The notes under the pieces were generated by a model. It searched no databases, was not told the origin of the DNA, and saw only the letters and a list, made by a program, of their open reading frames with translations. From Lama glama (taxonomy: Eukaryota), in NCBI GenBank assembly GCA_028534125.1, contig CM052818.1:36024001-36088000 (forward strand): DNA of 64,000 bases. The letters are read 5' to 3'. Positions 13,341 to 26,300 of the stretch are shown one piece after another. Position 1 is the stretch's first letter. Each line of letters begins with the position of its first letter. Made by a program: the position numbers and the translations under genes.

Positions 13341-13430
13341 ATGTTTCTGGACTTGCTATGCAATTTCAAAAAGACAGAATAATTCATGTTCTTGGACTTG
13401 GTGTGCAATTTCAAAAAGCAAGAATAATTG
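13341..13430. repeat. Tandem duplication, 45-bp unit x2
   Basis: atgtttctggacttgctatgcaatttcaaaaagacagaataattc / atgttcttggacttggtgtgcaatttcaaaaagcaagaataattg. Confidence 0.85.
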
Positions 13431-14246
13431 CTTTGTTCTTCAAAACTAAAAAAAGAAAAAAGTTCATAAAATGAGCTTTGAGAAGAAAATTTTATCCTGA
13501 GAATTACTGCAAATATAAGATTACTCTCATCTAAAATTGTGTCAGAAATAAAAGACAGTGCTGGGAATCAGCTACTGTCAGTTCTAGATGGAATATCTAA
13601 TTTGAAAATGATTTATTCTTTTCCATGTAAGTCTCTTCTATAATATGTAAATTGGAGGTGATTCGTACAACCCGTGCAGTGGTAAGGTAAGAACTAGAGT
13701 AGGAAGATTAGGATAGGAGCAGGGTGACTTTTGAAAATAGTTTCACAGTCAGTTTCTATATTCATCATTACTTAATGGCAAGAAACGTAGCCCAAGAATT
13801 TTTCTAAGTCACTGCAAAGAATTAATAATTATCAGAGGAAGGAAAACATTTTACTAGTTTCTGAAGAGGCATTGTCCTACCCTTGGCACGGGGCCGGGTG
13901 GATTTAGCGTGTATAATTTCTCCTGAGCTCCTCTGGCAAGAGCTATTAGTAGCCAACCCAACAGCTATTGCCCACTTCTTTCTGGTTTAAAAAAATAATT
14001 ACACACATAAAATAAAAGCCCTATTTTGACTGGGCTATGATGTTCTCTGCTTCAGGGCCTAAGCAAATCATGCCACTCTTATTTCCCTTTTGTTGGTCTA
14101 GCTCTAGGCATGCAGTAAGTTATGGCTGAAGACGTCTGCTGGGAGCCTCGATGTTTCTTTCTGCTCAGGGAGACGAGGAAAAGCCCTTTTGCACCTTTTC
14201 CTTCCTTCTTGGAACTGGAGCGCTGAGGAGACAATGTTTAAAGCAG

Positions 14247-14265
14247 CTCCGCCATCTGGTGGCCA
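14247..14265 (-). promoter_or_regulatory. CTCF core motif
   Basis: Minus strand reads TGGCCACCAGATGGCGGAG, close to the consensus TGGCCACCAG(G/A)(G/T)GGCGC; lies in non-repeat DNA with several retained CpGs. Confidence 0.65.
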
Positions 14266-15352
14266 GAAGGGGCAGAACACGAGCACTACCCCTGTGCCCG
14301 GACATCAACCAGCTGCTGAACACCCCAGTCATCACCTGCTTTCACACGTTTTGTTAAGTGGCATTTTGGGTCATGTGGTTTGAGCACTGTGAATCGCATA
14401 TTTTGTTTCTTTCAGCCAAAGCCATTCCCAAATGATATAGCTCCTGCTCAAATTTCTGACTTGTGATTGTCATAATACCACACAGCTAAATTCGCCTCAC
14501 AAAACCTAAAACAAAAGACTAGCCTTCAAAACTTCATTCTTGAAGAACCACTATTTCTTAAACTGCCCTGTTTATTTAAGTTTGATCCCGTGCTCCCCCA
14601 CCACAAACAAAATACAAACCAGACCCTTTTAATCATTTCCTTTGGAAAGCCATTAAATAGATGTATTAGTAAGATAAGACTCCCTCACAGCTGACACCTG
14701 TCCTCTTGTTTCAAATGTGACAATCAGTAAACTTTGAGGAGGAAAGTGGACAAGGAAGAACCTTCACTCAAAGCCATACAAAAACATAGGAAACCCGACT
14801 CACAGAGGAGCTTAGTACAAACAGAATGACAGGACTTTGTGAAGGAAATGTAAGTATCAGATGGAATTCAACTAGATGATCTTCAAGATTCCTCTCAGCT
14901 CTAGGATTCAAGGATTTTATGGTTTTGGATCTCAAATCTTAAAACTGGAAAAGCATCTTTTTGTGTTTGACTCTGCAAAATACTTTATTGCCATTTCTTC
15001 TCCTTAAATATTGAATATATATCTATGTTTTGCATTCTGCCTGCCTACTCCCTATCCTTAACATCATATAACCCAAATTCTATACCGCACCTCTGTACTA
15101 AAAGTGTTCTTAGTTTACTAATGATTTTGAAGAGTCAAGCCAAATCTAACACATTTTTCTTAATCTTTTTTAAATCAGATAATTTGTTTATTAGATAATT
15201 GTTCTTTCTGCAAATATTGCAAAGAATTTCCATGTATTTTTTAGAATCCTCATTCTTGTATAAATGCTTACAAAATTAAAATCTGAGTTGCTTGCTATCA
15301 TTGGTATATTTGTAGCCATATCCTTCTTAGCTTTTACATATGCTTTGCATTA

Positions 15353-15502
15353 TTTTTTCCAGCTTTATTAAGATATTATTGACATATAACATATGCAAGT
15401 TTAAGGTGTACAATGTGATGATTTAATACACATATATATTGCAAAATGATTACCACAATAAGGTCAGTTAACATTGCCATCCCCTCACATAATAACCTGT
15501 GT

Positions 15503-15547
<45 letters not shown>

Positions 15548-15646
15548 CGGTAAGAACATTTAAGATCCACTCTCTTAACAACTTTCAACAGAACTGTTAA
15601 TGATGGTCACCATGCTGTACCTTCCATTCCCAGAACTTATTCATCT
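15353..15646 (-). mobile_element. L1MA9/10-like 3' end
   Basis: 'ccagctttattaagata..ttgacatataacata..tttaaggtgtacaatgtgatgattt...gtcaccatgctgtac..cccagaacttattcatct'. Confidence 0.85.
15506..15544. repeat. (TG)n microsatellite, about 19 units
   Basis: Perfect TG run inside the L1 3' UTR. Confidence 0.98.
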
Positions 15647-16109
15647 CCTTCCTACTCTTCATCCTCCCTGGACTGTCTGCTGTACCTGACCCTATTTTCC
15701 AACCCTTGCTGGAGATTCTCTCCTTCCTTCCATGACATTCCAGAAACTTGAGGGGTTATTTTTCTTTGTAATCCTTATTAAGGTATAACCAAATCATCCA
15801 GGGGAACTTTTTAAAATTACACACATCCAAACTGCAGTCTAAGAATTCTGATTCAGTAGGTCAAATCTGAGCCTTTGGCCAAGCTACCTATGTTATAGGG
15901 TATACATTTCCCCTAATCTATTCTCCCATCAATTCTATTTTGTAAGCAGGGAAGAAATGGGAAATGCTTGTTGGTTAGGCTACCAGGTTCTGCTCAACAT
16001 TACACAACTAAATTTGGATTGTAAACTACTAAGGAAAAAGTGTTGACACTGCTATTCAAAAGTGGCTAAAGGGAATGTCCTCTTACACAGGAAAAAAGCA
16101 GCTAACCAG

Positions 16110-16315
16110 AAGGGAAAGAATGATAAGTTAAGCTATGTTAAAAATTAATAATGTCTATTTATGAAAAGACATCATCAAGAGAATGAAAAGGTAAGTCACA
16201 GAGTGGGAAATTATATTTGTACCACATATTACTGAAAAGAAGCCTGTATCTAGAATGCATAAAGCACTCTTACAAATCAGTAAGGAAAATACGGACAACC
16301 CAATAGACATTCATG
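16110..16315 (+). mobile_element. Old L1 ORF2 fragment
   Basis: 'aaaagacatcatcaagagaatgaaaaggtaagtcacagagtgggaaattatatttg...gtatctagaat'. Confidence 0.7.
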
Positions 16316-16599
16316 AAGAATTCCGCAAATTGCCTGTGACAGAACCTGTTTTCAAACATTTACTAGTTCTAGAGGATGTGACATCATCTTACAAAAACAT
16401 AAGCCAAGTTAGAACTTTCTTACCCCTCATCTTGCCCTCCTACCTCACTCCTATTCTCATTTCTCTCCTGAGCCCTTGCAGAGTTACTAACAAAGAGCAC
16501 AGAGCTTGCAAGTCGGAGAGGAGGTGAATGAGAACAAGAAAAGCAGTACCCACAGGTGTGTGCCTGCAGCAGGTACCAGTGAGGGGTAAGTTTTAATTG

Positions 16600-17910
16600 C
16601 TGACTTGAGGTTATTTTTACACAGTGTTTTAGGGATATTTTCACTGGATATATATTCCTGGGTTGGCAGTTATTTAGTTCAGCACATTTAAAGGTATCAC
16701 TGTTTAATCTTTTGGCTTCAGGGACTGCTGCTAAGAATCCAAGAATCAGTCTATTTCTTCTTTGAAGGTATACTGTCTTTCTGCCTCTGGCTGCTTTTAA
16801 TGGTTTCTCTTCTCTGGTTTTCTTTGTTTCTCTATGATGTGTCTACATGCTGCTTTCTTTTTATGAATCTACTTGTGATTCACTGGGCTTCTTGAATTTG
16901 TGGGTTGATGTCTAGCGCTGAAAGATTCCCAGCTATTATTTCATTAAATTTTGCATCTGTCCAATCATGTTATACTTCTTTTAAGACTCCTTACTGAATA
17001 TTAGACATTTCATTCTGCTCTCTTTTCTTTCTCCATTATTTTTTCTCTTTGTGTTTCATTCTGAATGGTTTCTCCTGGTCTGTCTCCATGTACACTAATT
17101 CTTTCTTAACTGTGTCTAATTTGTCCTTAAATTCATTCACTCATTTCATTTAGGTTATTCTTTTACTGTTAGAATTTCTGTTTGGTTCTATTTCAATTCT
17201 GCTATGTCGTGTTTTTTATATACTTTACAGTCTGCTAAAATATTCAAGCTTCCCTTTTTCTACTTGAACTTGATAGGCATAGCTGCTTTACAATCTGTAC
17301 CTAGAATCCTTGAAGATCTATTTTTGTAATCTGCTATATTCGATTTTTCTTGTTCATGGTATTATCATCTTGTATACCTGGTTCGTTTTTACTGTGTCCT
17401 AACAATTGTATTTTAATTATTTGTAAAAATAATTTGAAGCCTACTATGATGTTCTCTTTCTCCAAAGAGAATTTTTATTCCTTAAGCCAGGTAGTGGGAA
17501 GCACCAACAATCCAAGGTTACTTTTATCCAGTTTCACAATTTGAGATTATCTGGGTTACACAGATGACCCAAAAGCAGTCTGCAGTACAGGCCAGGGCTG
17601 GTTTACTTTCAATTCACCCTTATTTCTAGTGTCCATCCTTTTAGTCTCAACTCCAACTTTTGTTTCCCTAGCCCCAGAGTCACTGTTAAGCCTCTCAACC
17701 ACCAGCTGTGGATAACTAAACATCCTCCAAACAAAACAGTACCACCTCTGTGGATTTTCATCTTCTCCTGGACCTTAGCCTAGGAATTTCTCACTATCTA
17801 TTAGTTCGCTATTTCTAGAAAGATGATTTTATATCTTGTTCAGCATTCTAGCTGTCTTCAATGGGAGGACTTATCTAAGGTACTTAACTCATCATTCCTG
17901 GAAGTAGACG
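16600..17910 (-). mobile_element. Old L1 (L1M-type) 5'/ORF1 region
   Basis: T-rich 'gatattttcactggatatatattcctgggttggcagttattt...ttcactgggcttcttgaatttgtgggttgatgtct' typical of antisense L1M ORF1. Confidence 0.65.
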
Positions 17911-18504
17911 TCTACCCTCTACTTTTTCATCACCTCCTACTTTTTGAGGAAACACAGTCATAATGGAAACAATGAGAGTTGGATCCTGGCATTGCCTTCT
18001 CCATTAATTTGCTATGTGGCTTAGAGCAAATTACCTAACTTTTGGCTCTCAACTTTAAGGAAACAAATTAAAATTAACCCCTCCATCTCTTTAAGGAAAT
18101 TAAAGGAAAATGTTAAAGGAAAAATGTATCATGTAGTTCTGAAAAAGCTTTTGTGTTCTCCTCCAAAATAGCTTAGTCTGTGCTGATAAAGATAGCAAAT
18201 TGACAACCTTATAAACTAAACAAAAAACATTTTTTGGTACCTAATTATTCAGATTTAATCAGTATGTTAAGTGAGATTAAATTTGACCATGTTTTGTATC
18301 AACCATAGGTGATACACTTTTCTGTTGGGCTCTCTTCTCGCTCAACACGAAAAAAATAAGAATTCTCTTGCTATCATTTTTTTAAAATAAGAGATACATA
18401 TGTAAGCTTTCAAATCTGTATGAATGTCAAAGATTATAAATTATGTTTTAGATAATTATGACAAGTTTAAAACATAGCTAATGTAAGATAGTATTGTTAA
18501 TGTG

Positions 18505-18890
18505 CTAACCAGGATAGACTAGTTATGCTGCAGAATTAAACAATCCCAAACTTTTATTGGCCATTAAGGTTTCTCTTTCACTCATATGAAGTTGGCTGCA
18601 GGTACCGTGGCTCTTCTGGACAGCTCCCTTCCAAGCATGCCTGATATCCAGGCTATTCCCATTGCTTGGTTACACCATCTCCACATTTGGCTTCTGTGGT
18701 TGTGGTGGTAGGAAAAGAAAGAGGCATAAAGAACTAACAAGGGATCTTTTCTCTGTGCTTTGTTCCAGAAGTGACACATGTCACTTCCACTCACATCTCA
18801 TTTGTTGTAACTAGTCATACAGATGCACTTAACTACAAGGGAGCTGGGAAATGCATGGGAGCACATGGAAATTCAGTGACTAATAAATTA
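18505..18890 (-). mobile_element. MLT1-type LTR
   Basis: 'caggatagactagttatgctgcag..aaacaatcccaaac...ccagaagtgacacatgtcacttccactcacatctcatt..aactagtcatac..aactacaagggagctgggaaatg'. Confidence 0.75.
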
Positions 18891-20089
18891 TAATAAATTA
18901 CATCACTTTAGATGTGATTGAATTTAAAATGAACTCCTTGAAATATTTCCAAGTAAGAGCTGTTCCCCAAACAACAGGAAAGCCATGGTGTGATTTCCAA
19001 TCTTTGAAGAAGAAGATCCTTGCTCTCTGCCCACTACAGTGGTTAATTTTTAAGGGGTTCTGACAGCTTCAAAACATAAAGCACAGCATGGAACTTCATT
19101 TATTCTTGGATAGTTGCCTTATATTTAAAAGGAAACAATTTTATTGAATGATCTCTAATGTCACATACAGACCTTGAAACGATTGTTTAAACAATCAAAA
19201 CCAGTTATTTCCCTGTTTCAGCTTGGAATAATTTTTTCTTCGAATTCTGATTTTTTTTAACCAAAACTAATTATGCACAAGAAGGTCCAGTCCCTTGGAA
19301 AAAAACATTTGATAAGTGAACTAGTGATAAGCTTAATCTCATGCAACTGGTTTATGTCACACAGGATTTCTATATTAGGACATTCATTTTTTTATGAAGG
19401 TGTTTTGTTAGGCAACATAAGTTTAAAAATGGAAACACCATTTCTCAGGTGGAATGGCAAGGAGTGAGATCAGTTTATTCAAAAAATTAATATGAGATTA
19501 TATCACTCGTTTTGCTCGTCATATATAACTTAGCATGCCTAAGTTTTAGCAGGAGAATACTTTAGTAAGAGAATTTTGCTAAATTTGTTAACAATGTTTC
19601 TTGTGCTCTGTTTATCGGTAAGATATTGAGAGACTACTGGCATTAATCTCTAAACTTGTGGCTGCAAAATCAGATCTTACAGGATGTAAACAAGTACATG
19701 AAGCAGATACTTGGGAGTTGATTAAAGTGGGGACCCGTACCAGCATATTGTTATGCTAGAATTTGGGTTCCCAGCTTCCCAGTCAAGAGCTTCCAGTTTA
19801 GGGATGAAGGAGAAAGAGCTGTTAGGAAGAGAAGGAGGATGCTGGCTTAGAATGGAAGAGACAGGAATTGTATTAGGAGGAGGGAGAAAGACATTAGCTT
19901 GCTTTCTACTCTTTCCTTCCCTCTCTCAAGCAATTTTTTCCTTTTGTGAGATGGAAAATAGAGGAAAATGAGGAAAGCACAGGCTGTTGGACAGACAAGA
20001 ATAAAGATTAAAACAGTAACAAGGCTCTCTTAGAAATCAAGAACCAAAAACAAAAGGTGCAAAGATTAATAACAACAGTAATAGTAACA

Positions 20090-21095
20090 GTAGTAACTAA
20101 CAGTTACTGAGAACTTACTATGTTCCAGGCCATATTCTAAGAGCTTTACATGTATTTATTTATTTAATCCTCATACCACTGTGCGGTAAAGAATTTGGCC
20201 TCCAAAGAGAGATCTGGCCTTTGTCATAGCTCAGGGAGGTAACCTCTACACTCTTAGAATTTTCCAAGTGGCAAAAGTGTCTTTGTTATATATGATGGAG
20301 CCCTTGGACCACACCTGACATTATGCTAACAAGGTGACCCACGGTGGGCCCCTACATAGTTTATGTTAACAGATGACCCTCATGGGGGCTGGCTATGTTG
20401 ACAGACCAATTACATGATTAGAAGGCTGGGGGGCTTTGGGCCACATAATATCAGCCTGACTGCTAGGGACGGGGGAGAAATTGGAGATTGGATTCAACAA
20501 CATATGCAATAATTCAGTCAATCAAACCTATGTAATGAAGCCCCAGTAAAGACTCTGGACACCGAAATTCAGGTGAGCTTCTCAGGTTGGCAATATTCTT
20601 TCAAGTGTTGTCACAGTTTAGTGCTAGGTGGGTAATGCACCTTGAGGATAATGGAAACTTCGCGTTTGGAACTCTTCCACACTGAGCTCCAAGAGTCTCT
20701 TCTTTTGGCTGGTTCTAATTTGTATCATTTGCCAATATAAAAAAAAATGTGACTGTGAATATAATAGCTTTCAGAGAGCTGGGAGTCTTTTTGGTGAATC
20801 ATTAAGCCTGAGGGTGGTCGTGGGAACCTCTGAATTTGTAGCCAGCTGGTCTGAAGTGACAGTGGCCCTGGGAAATGCCAAACTTTCAGCTGGTTTCTAA
20901 AGTGAGGGCAGTCCTTCTAGGGACTGTGCCCCTGAGTGTGCAGTTTGCTAAACCCCTTAGCGAGCACCCAAGAGATAATCCTGATGAGAGAATAGAAACA
21001 AAGAGGGTAGGTAATTTGCCTGAGACCATATAGGGAGTAAGGGGAAAAAGTCAGGATTCAAACATGGACATTGCAACCACTGCATAATATTGCTG
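20090..21095 (-). mobile_element. MIR SINE split by the MER21-like LTR
   Basis: MIR 3' part at 20090-20179 (ttactgagaacttactatgttccaggc..tttaatcctca); core resumes near 20970 (gaaacaaagagggtaggtaatttgcctgagacc..caggattcaaac). Confidence 0.65.
20180..20966 (+). mobile_element. MER21-like solo LTR
   Basis: Starts tgtgcggtaaagaatttggcc..aaagagagatctggcctttg; contains 'cctatgtaatgaagccccagtaaagactctggacaccgaa' and 'cctgagggtggtcgtgggaacctctgaatttgtagccagctggtc'. Confidence 0.8.
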
Positions 21096-21156
21096 CTCCA
21101 TCACCTCAAACTCTAGAGAAAGGATACCTAATAGCACCTTAGAACAGGTTTGCTTA

Positions 21157-21372
21157 GAACTGTTTTTCAAATGTACTGTGACCCATAGTAGAAAACTCTG
21201 TATTTTATATGATGATTCATTACACACGTGCACACACACACCTGAAACAAAATGTGATATACTCTGATATTTTCTAATCTCAATTATTTGTATTTCCTAA
21301 ATGCTAGAAACCTGCCAAATTGATTTCCTATACACTTATGAAATTTGTACCAGCAGTGTAAAAAATGTTGGT
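21157..21372. mobile_element. hAT-Charlie-type MITE
   Basis: Decayed terminal inverted repeats (ctgtttttcaaa ... tgtaaaaaatgttg) with internal 'tgtgacccatagta' and 'actctgatattttcta'. Confidence 0.55.
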
Positions 21373-21391
21373 TGAGAAAGTTGCTTTCAAT

Positions 21392-21573
21392 AAGTACTTT
21401 CCAATTCTGGTTTTAAATTGGTATAACCTAGTGAATTTTTGAAGAAAAATACAAAGCCCAGGCTCCACCCCCAGAGGTTTTTAACTCAGTCGAGGGGGTG
21501 GCTAGGGCATCAACATTTTATGTTTTCAGTCAATGAGTATATCTCATGTACAGCCAGGAGATGAGAACCACTA
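21392..21573. mobile_element. MER5-type hAT MITE
   Basis: 'aaaatacaaagcccaggctccacccccagag...gtacagccaggagatgagaaccact'. Confidence 0.7.
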
Positions 21574-21879
21574 TTCAAAAGTCTTATCTACTTCAATATT
21601 TCAAGCAATGTTTTAAGGAACAAATATGCTCTTTTATTTTTAAATCAAAATGCATGAAGAAAATGCATGACTGAATCTGGTGATCTGAAACCCTTGCAGC
21701 TCACCTTCGTGGCTATGGCCTCTTGGTAGAACTATATCCTACCTGGAAGGGTGGCTTTTTAAGCAGTTAAACATGAAAATTGACTCTGTAACTCTAAGTA
21801 CATGTAGTCACATTTTTATGACATTTCATTTCACTTAAAAGTGATTTTATTAATTATCAAGAGGAGAAGAAATATTATA

Positions 21880-22505
21880 AAAATATTTTAAATATTTTAT
21901 AGTATATATATTATTATATGTATATTAGATAATATATATAATCTAGAAGACATGCCTGTATAGCTATTACTCAATTTAAAAAAGTAAAGAATATTACCAT
22001 TACCTGTGTGCCCCTCTCTGGTCATTTTCTTTTGTTACTTTTTTAGAGATAAAACTAAAGATAGAGATAGAGATATTCTAAATGTTCTGCTATTTTGTTA
22101 CTTTGTAAGAACCTTAACAAGTTTTTATACATACAAAATACATTGTTTAGTTTTGCATTTTTTGAAATTTATTTGAATATAGTCATATTCTAAGCATTCT
22201 GTTTCTTGCGAATTTTCACTCAAAATTATATTCCTCAGATATGTCTGTTATTATAACTGTTATATTTTCATTGTTATATAGTATTGCATTCTATGAATGT
22301 TATCCCCTGGTACACATTTTGAGAGTCTCTTTAGGACATATAACTTGAGGTGAGAACACTAGGTTATATATTATGCACATCTTCAAATTTGCTGTATAAT
22401 GCCAAAATGTTTTCCAAAGTTATTGTCTCAATTTTCACTCCCACCAACAGAGTACTAGAGCTTGCACTATTCCACACCATTGACAACACTCAGTATTATC
22501 AGACA
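21880..22505 (-). mobile_element. L1ME-type 3' fragment
   Basis: 'ataatgccaaaatgttttccaaagttattgtctcaattttcactcccaccaacag...caacactcagtattatcagac'. Confidence 0.75.
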
Positions 22506-23025
22506 GTCCATTGAAAGATGATTGGATAAAAAAAGTTGTGGTATATTTATACAATGGAATACTACTCAGCCATTAAAAAGAATAAAATACCATTTGCAAC
22601 AACATGGATGGACCTGGATATCATCCTACTAAGTGAAGTAAGCCAGACAGAGAAAGAAAACACCATATGATATCACTTATATGTGGAATCTTAAAAGAAG
22701 AAGACTCAAATGAACTTACTTACAAAACCAAAACAGACTCACAGATATAAAAAACAAACTTATGGTTACCAAGGGGAAAACTGGGTGGTAGGGATAAATT
22801 GGGAGTTTGGGATTTGCAGATACTACTATATATAAAATAGATAAAGAAGGCCCTACTGTATGTATGGCACAGGGAACGATATTCAATATCTTTTAGTAAC
22901 CTATAATGAAAAAGAATATGAAAAGAAATATATACGTGTAACTGAATAACCATGCTGTACACCAGAAACAAACACAATATTGTAAATCAACTATACTTCA
23001 ATTAAAAATTAAAAAAATAAAAAAC
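22506..23025 (+). mobile_element. Young cetartiodactyl/camelid L1 3' end
   Basis: 'caatggaatactactcagccattaaaaagaa..acatggatggacctgga..ctaagtgaagtaagccagacagagaaag...gtaaatcaactatacttcaatt' plus A tail; homologous to 13050-13332. Confidence 0.92.
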
Positions 23026-23279
23026 AAGTAGTGGGTTATAGTCTGTAAATCCCAAGAAGTGTTAAGAATTTTGGAGACAAAAGGATGAGGAGAGAAAATA
23101 AAAACCCAATCTGCATGACCTATGAAATCTGTCTTGAATCAAAGAAAGAGATCAGAAATAAATAAGTTATGTACAAGCTAAAATTCATAAAATAGATAAT
23201 AAAAGATTCAATATTCTCCACAAAAAGATGATCTTTAATGACAAATTGTACATTATTGAATTTAATGTGAATAAATATA

Positions 23280-24740
23280 AAAATGCTAACCCCCTAAAAG
23301 CTGGAGTAGATTTAATTATTATCAGATAAAATAGACTTCAAGGTAAAATGATTACTAAGGATAAAGTGGGTAACTTCATAATGATAAAAGATTTTATTCA
23401 CCAGGAATACATAACAATTTTGAATTTATATGCACTTTATGACATAGCCTAGAAATAAATAAAACAAACACAGAACTAAAAGGAGAAAGAAACAAACTGA
23501 AAAACACTATGATGAATTTTAATGTACCTCTTTTCATTAATTCCAGGTAGATTATAGATCTAATTATGAAGGCAAAAATGTAAAGCTTTAAGAAAATAAC
23601 TTAGGGTAATATCTTTAAGACCGTAAGGTAGGAAACAATTTTCTTTAAAAAGATGTAACTATTTCCTATCAAGACACAGAAATAATGCACTGATCATAAG
23701 AGAGAAAAAGTTAGATAAATTTGATGAAATTATAATTTAAAACTTTTGTTTTATCAAAAAACATGATAAAAATGTGAGAAAAATTAAGCTATGACAGAGA
23801 ACATATTTGCAATATATAAAACTAACAAGGGTTTATATTAATAATCTATAAAGAATTTTTATAAATCAACAAAGAATAAGCTGAGGACCCATTAGGAAAA
23901 TGGTCAAATACTTGAAAAGTCACAAACAGAAAACCTAAATGGTCAATAAACACAAAAAGATGTTAAACTTGATTAGTAATAAGGTAACAGTAAATTAAAA
24001 CCACCATGAGATACCATTACACATCTACTAGACTGCCAAAACTTTAAAATCTTACAATACCAAATGTTGGAAAGAATATGAAGCAACAGGGATACCTAGA
24101 GTTTGGTATTGATATTACCAAATTTTAAGATACATCCCCTAGGACCCAGTAATTTCCCTCTACTTTATACACCCTGGAGAAACTCATGTGCACAAAAACA
24201 TATGATCACAAATGTGCATAGTAGCACTGCTTCTTATAGCAATGGGTATAACCCCAAAGTCCATCGACAGTTAAACGGACAAATAAATTGTGGTATAGAT
24301 ATACAGTGAAATATTACTAAGCAATACAAGGAAGTTAACTACAGCTGCACACTAGAATGTGGAGGAAACTCACAACCATATGTAAGATGAAAGAAGCAAA
24401 AATACATATTTTTTTGTCTGCAATGGTATAAGGATCAAAAGCAAGCAAAACTAAATTATGTTTTTAGACATAAGTATAAAGATGGTAAAAGCATGGAGAA
24501 GAGCAGGGACAATTATCACCCCACTTGTTATAACAGCTACTTCTGGGAAAACAGAGAGGTTTGTGATTTGCGACAGGCACACTGAGTGATTCTAGAGTAC
24601 TGATAATGTTGTTTTTCTTGACATGTTATGGTTATATGGACGTTTGCTTTATAAATTATAGTTATACTATACATTTATATCTTATGTACTTTTCTATATG
24701 CATTATATTTTATAATAAAAATACTTATAAAAGAAAAGAA
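23280..24740 (+). mobile_element. Old L1 (L1MC/ME) ORF2-to-3'UTR fragments
   Basis: 'ttatcagataaaatagacttcaagg..ataatgataaaag..attcaccaggaa' and 'aaattaaaaccaccatgagatacca..caataccaaatgttgg'. Confidence 0.8.
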
Positions 24741-24834
24741 GAAAGTCTGAAAATTAATGAGTAAAGCATCCAGCCTAAGATGTTAGAACTGTACCACAAA
24801 AATTTAAAAAGTAGAAAGAAAAAATAAAATAGCA

Positions 24835-25025
24835 ATATATTATATATGTATTTATATATGTATCCTGTATTATAGATAAAATATATTGTGTATAATACAT
24901 TATATATACAATGTATTCTACATATATAAAATACATTATAAACATTATATATTTATATGTAAATATATTTATATACATATAATACACTTACATGTATACA
25001 TATATATAAAATAAAATAAAAAATA
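24835..25025. repeat. AT-rich low-complexity (TA)n-like tract
   Basis: Degenerate tatat/ataca repeats. Confidence 0.85.
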
Positions 25026-25650
25026 GAGGAATACCAAAGCCAGAAGTTTAGTCATTGAAAAGAGAAAACTCTTTAAAGACCAATCAGGGTGGAAAAAAAA
25101 GAAGGTACAAATAATATTAGAAATAAAGAAAAAACAGGATATAACTACAGATGCTGAAGAGATTGAAAGGATAGGAAAATATTTTTGAACTTTTTAAAAG
25201 AAACAGTTTGAACAACTTCTTGCCCATAAATTTGAAAATGGAAAAATACAGCTTACTAAAACGAATTCAGGGAAAAAACAGGAAACCTGAAGGATTTTAT
25301 AACAATTAAAGAAACTAAGTCAGTTTGAATTATTTCCATAAAGAAATCAATAGACCCAGACAATTCTAGTAGTGAATTCTCTCAGTAATTCAAAGCAAAT
25401 AATTTCAGCCTATACAAACTATTCCAGAGCCTAAAAAGAGAAGAAATACCCCAACTCATTTTATGAGGCTAACTTTATATTGACATCAACAATTTGATAA
25501 AGATAGTACATGAAAGGAAAATTACAAACCAAACTCACTCAAACAGAGACACAAACTTCCCAAACAAAATGTTAGGAAAGGAATCTAGCAAAATATGCAA
25601 TGATAATGCGCCATGTCCAAGGTGGGTTTAATTCAAGAGTGCAAGATAGG

Positions 25651-26300
25651 TGTATCAGTTATCTATGCTGCATAAAAAACAACACTCAAAAACAATGGCT
25701 TGAAACACTAAGTTATTACTTCTCACAATGCTGTGGATTGGTTGTGCCTGAGTCACTTTCGTGGCTGCAGTCAGCTGGGAGCTCAGCTGGGGGGTGGGTG
25801 GCCTAAGATGACCTCATTCACATATCTGGGACCTCATTTGGGATGTCTGGAATGGCTAGGATCCTAGGCCTCTCTATCACTTGGGGTTTTTTCCATGATG
25901 AGAGAAGTATTCTAAGAGAGAGAGAACAAAAGAACTAAGGAAGGGGGTAGTGGGGAGAGTACAGCTCAATGGTAGAGTACATGCTTAGCATGTACAAGGT
26001 CATGGGTTCAGTCCCCAGTACCTCCGTTAAATAAAAAATAATAATGATAATAAATAAAGTAAATAAATATTAAAAAAAAAAGAACTAAGGAACGAAGAAA
26101 TAAAAACAAAGCCTCTTGAGGCCAAGGTTCAGAAATCACTCAGCCTCTTCAGCCACGTTCTAATAAAACAAAATGTGAGGCCAGAGCAGATTTAAGGGGA
26201 AGGAGACTCCATGTCTTGAGGCGATGAATAGCAAAGTCACATGGTAAAGAGGTATAAAGGATAAGAAGAATGGTTGTAGACATATTTGCAATCTACCACA
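25651..26300 (-). mobile_element. MLT1-type solo LTR
   Basis: Termini tgtatcagttatctatgctgcataa ... tttgcaatctaccaca (TG...CA). Confidence 0.8.
25943..26077 (+). mobile_element. tRNA-derived SINE, vic-1-type, with 15-bp TSD
   Basis: ggggagagtacagctcaatggtagagtacatgcttagcatgtacaaggtcatgggttcagtccccagtacctcc plus A-rich tail; TSD aaaagaactaaggaa at 25928-25942 and 26078-26092. Confidence 0.92.

Noticed and set aside
13341..13430. CRISPR-like or other functional repeat arrays (also 9111, 46861, 47698, 56952)
   Set aside because: Only two adjacent units with no spacers, in mammalian DNA; these are ordinary tandem duplications.
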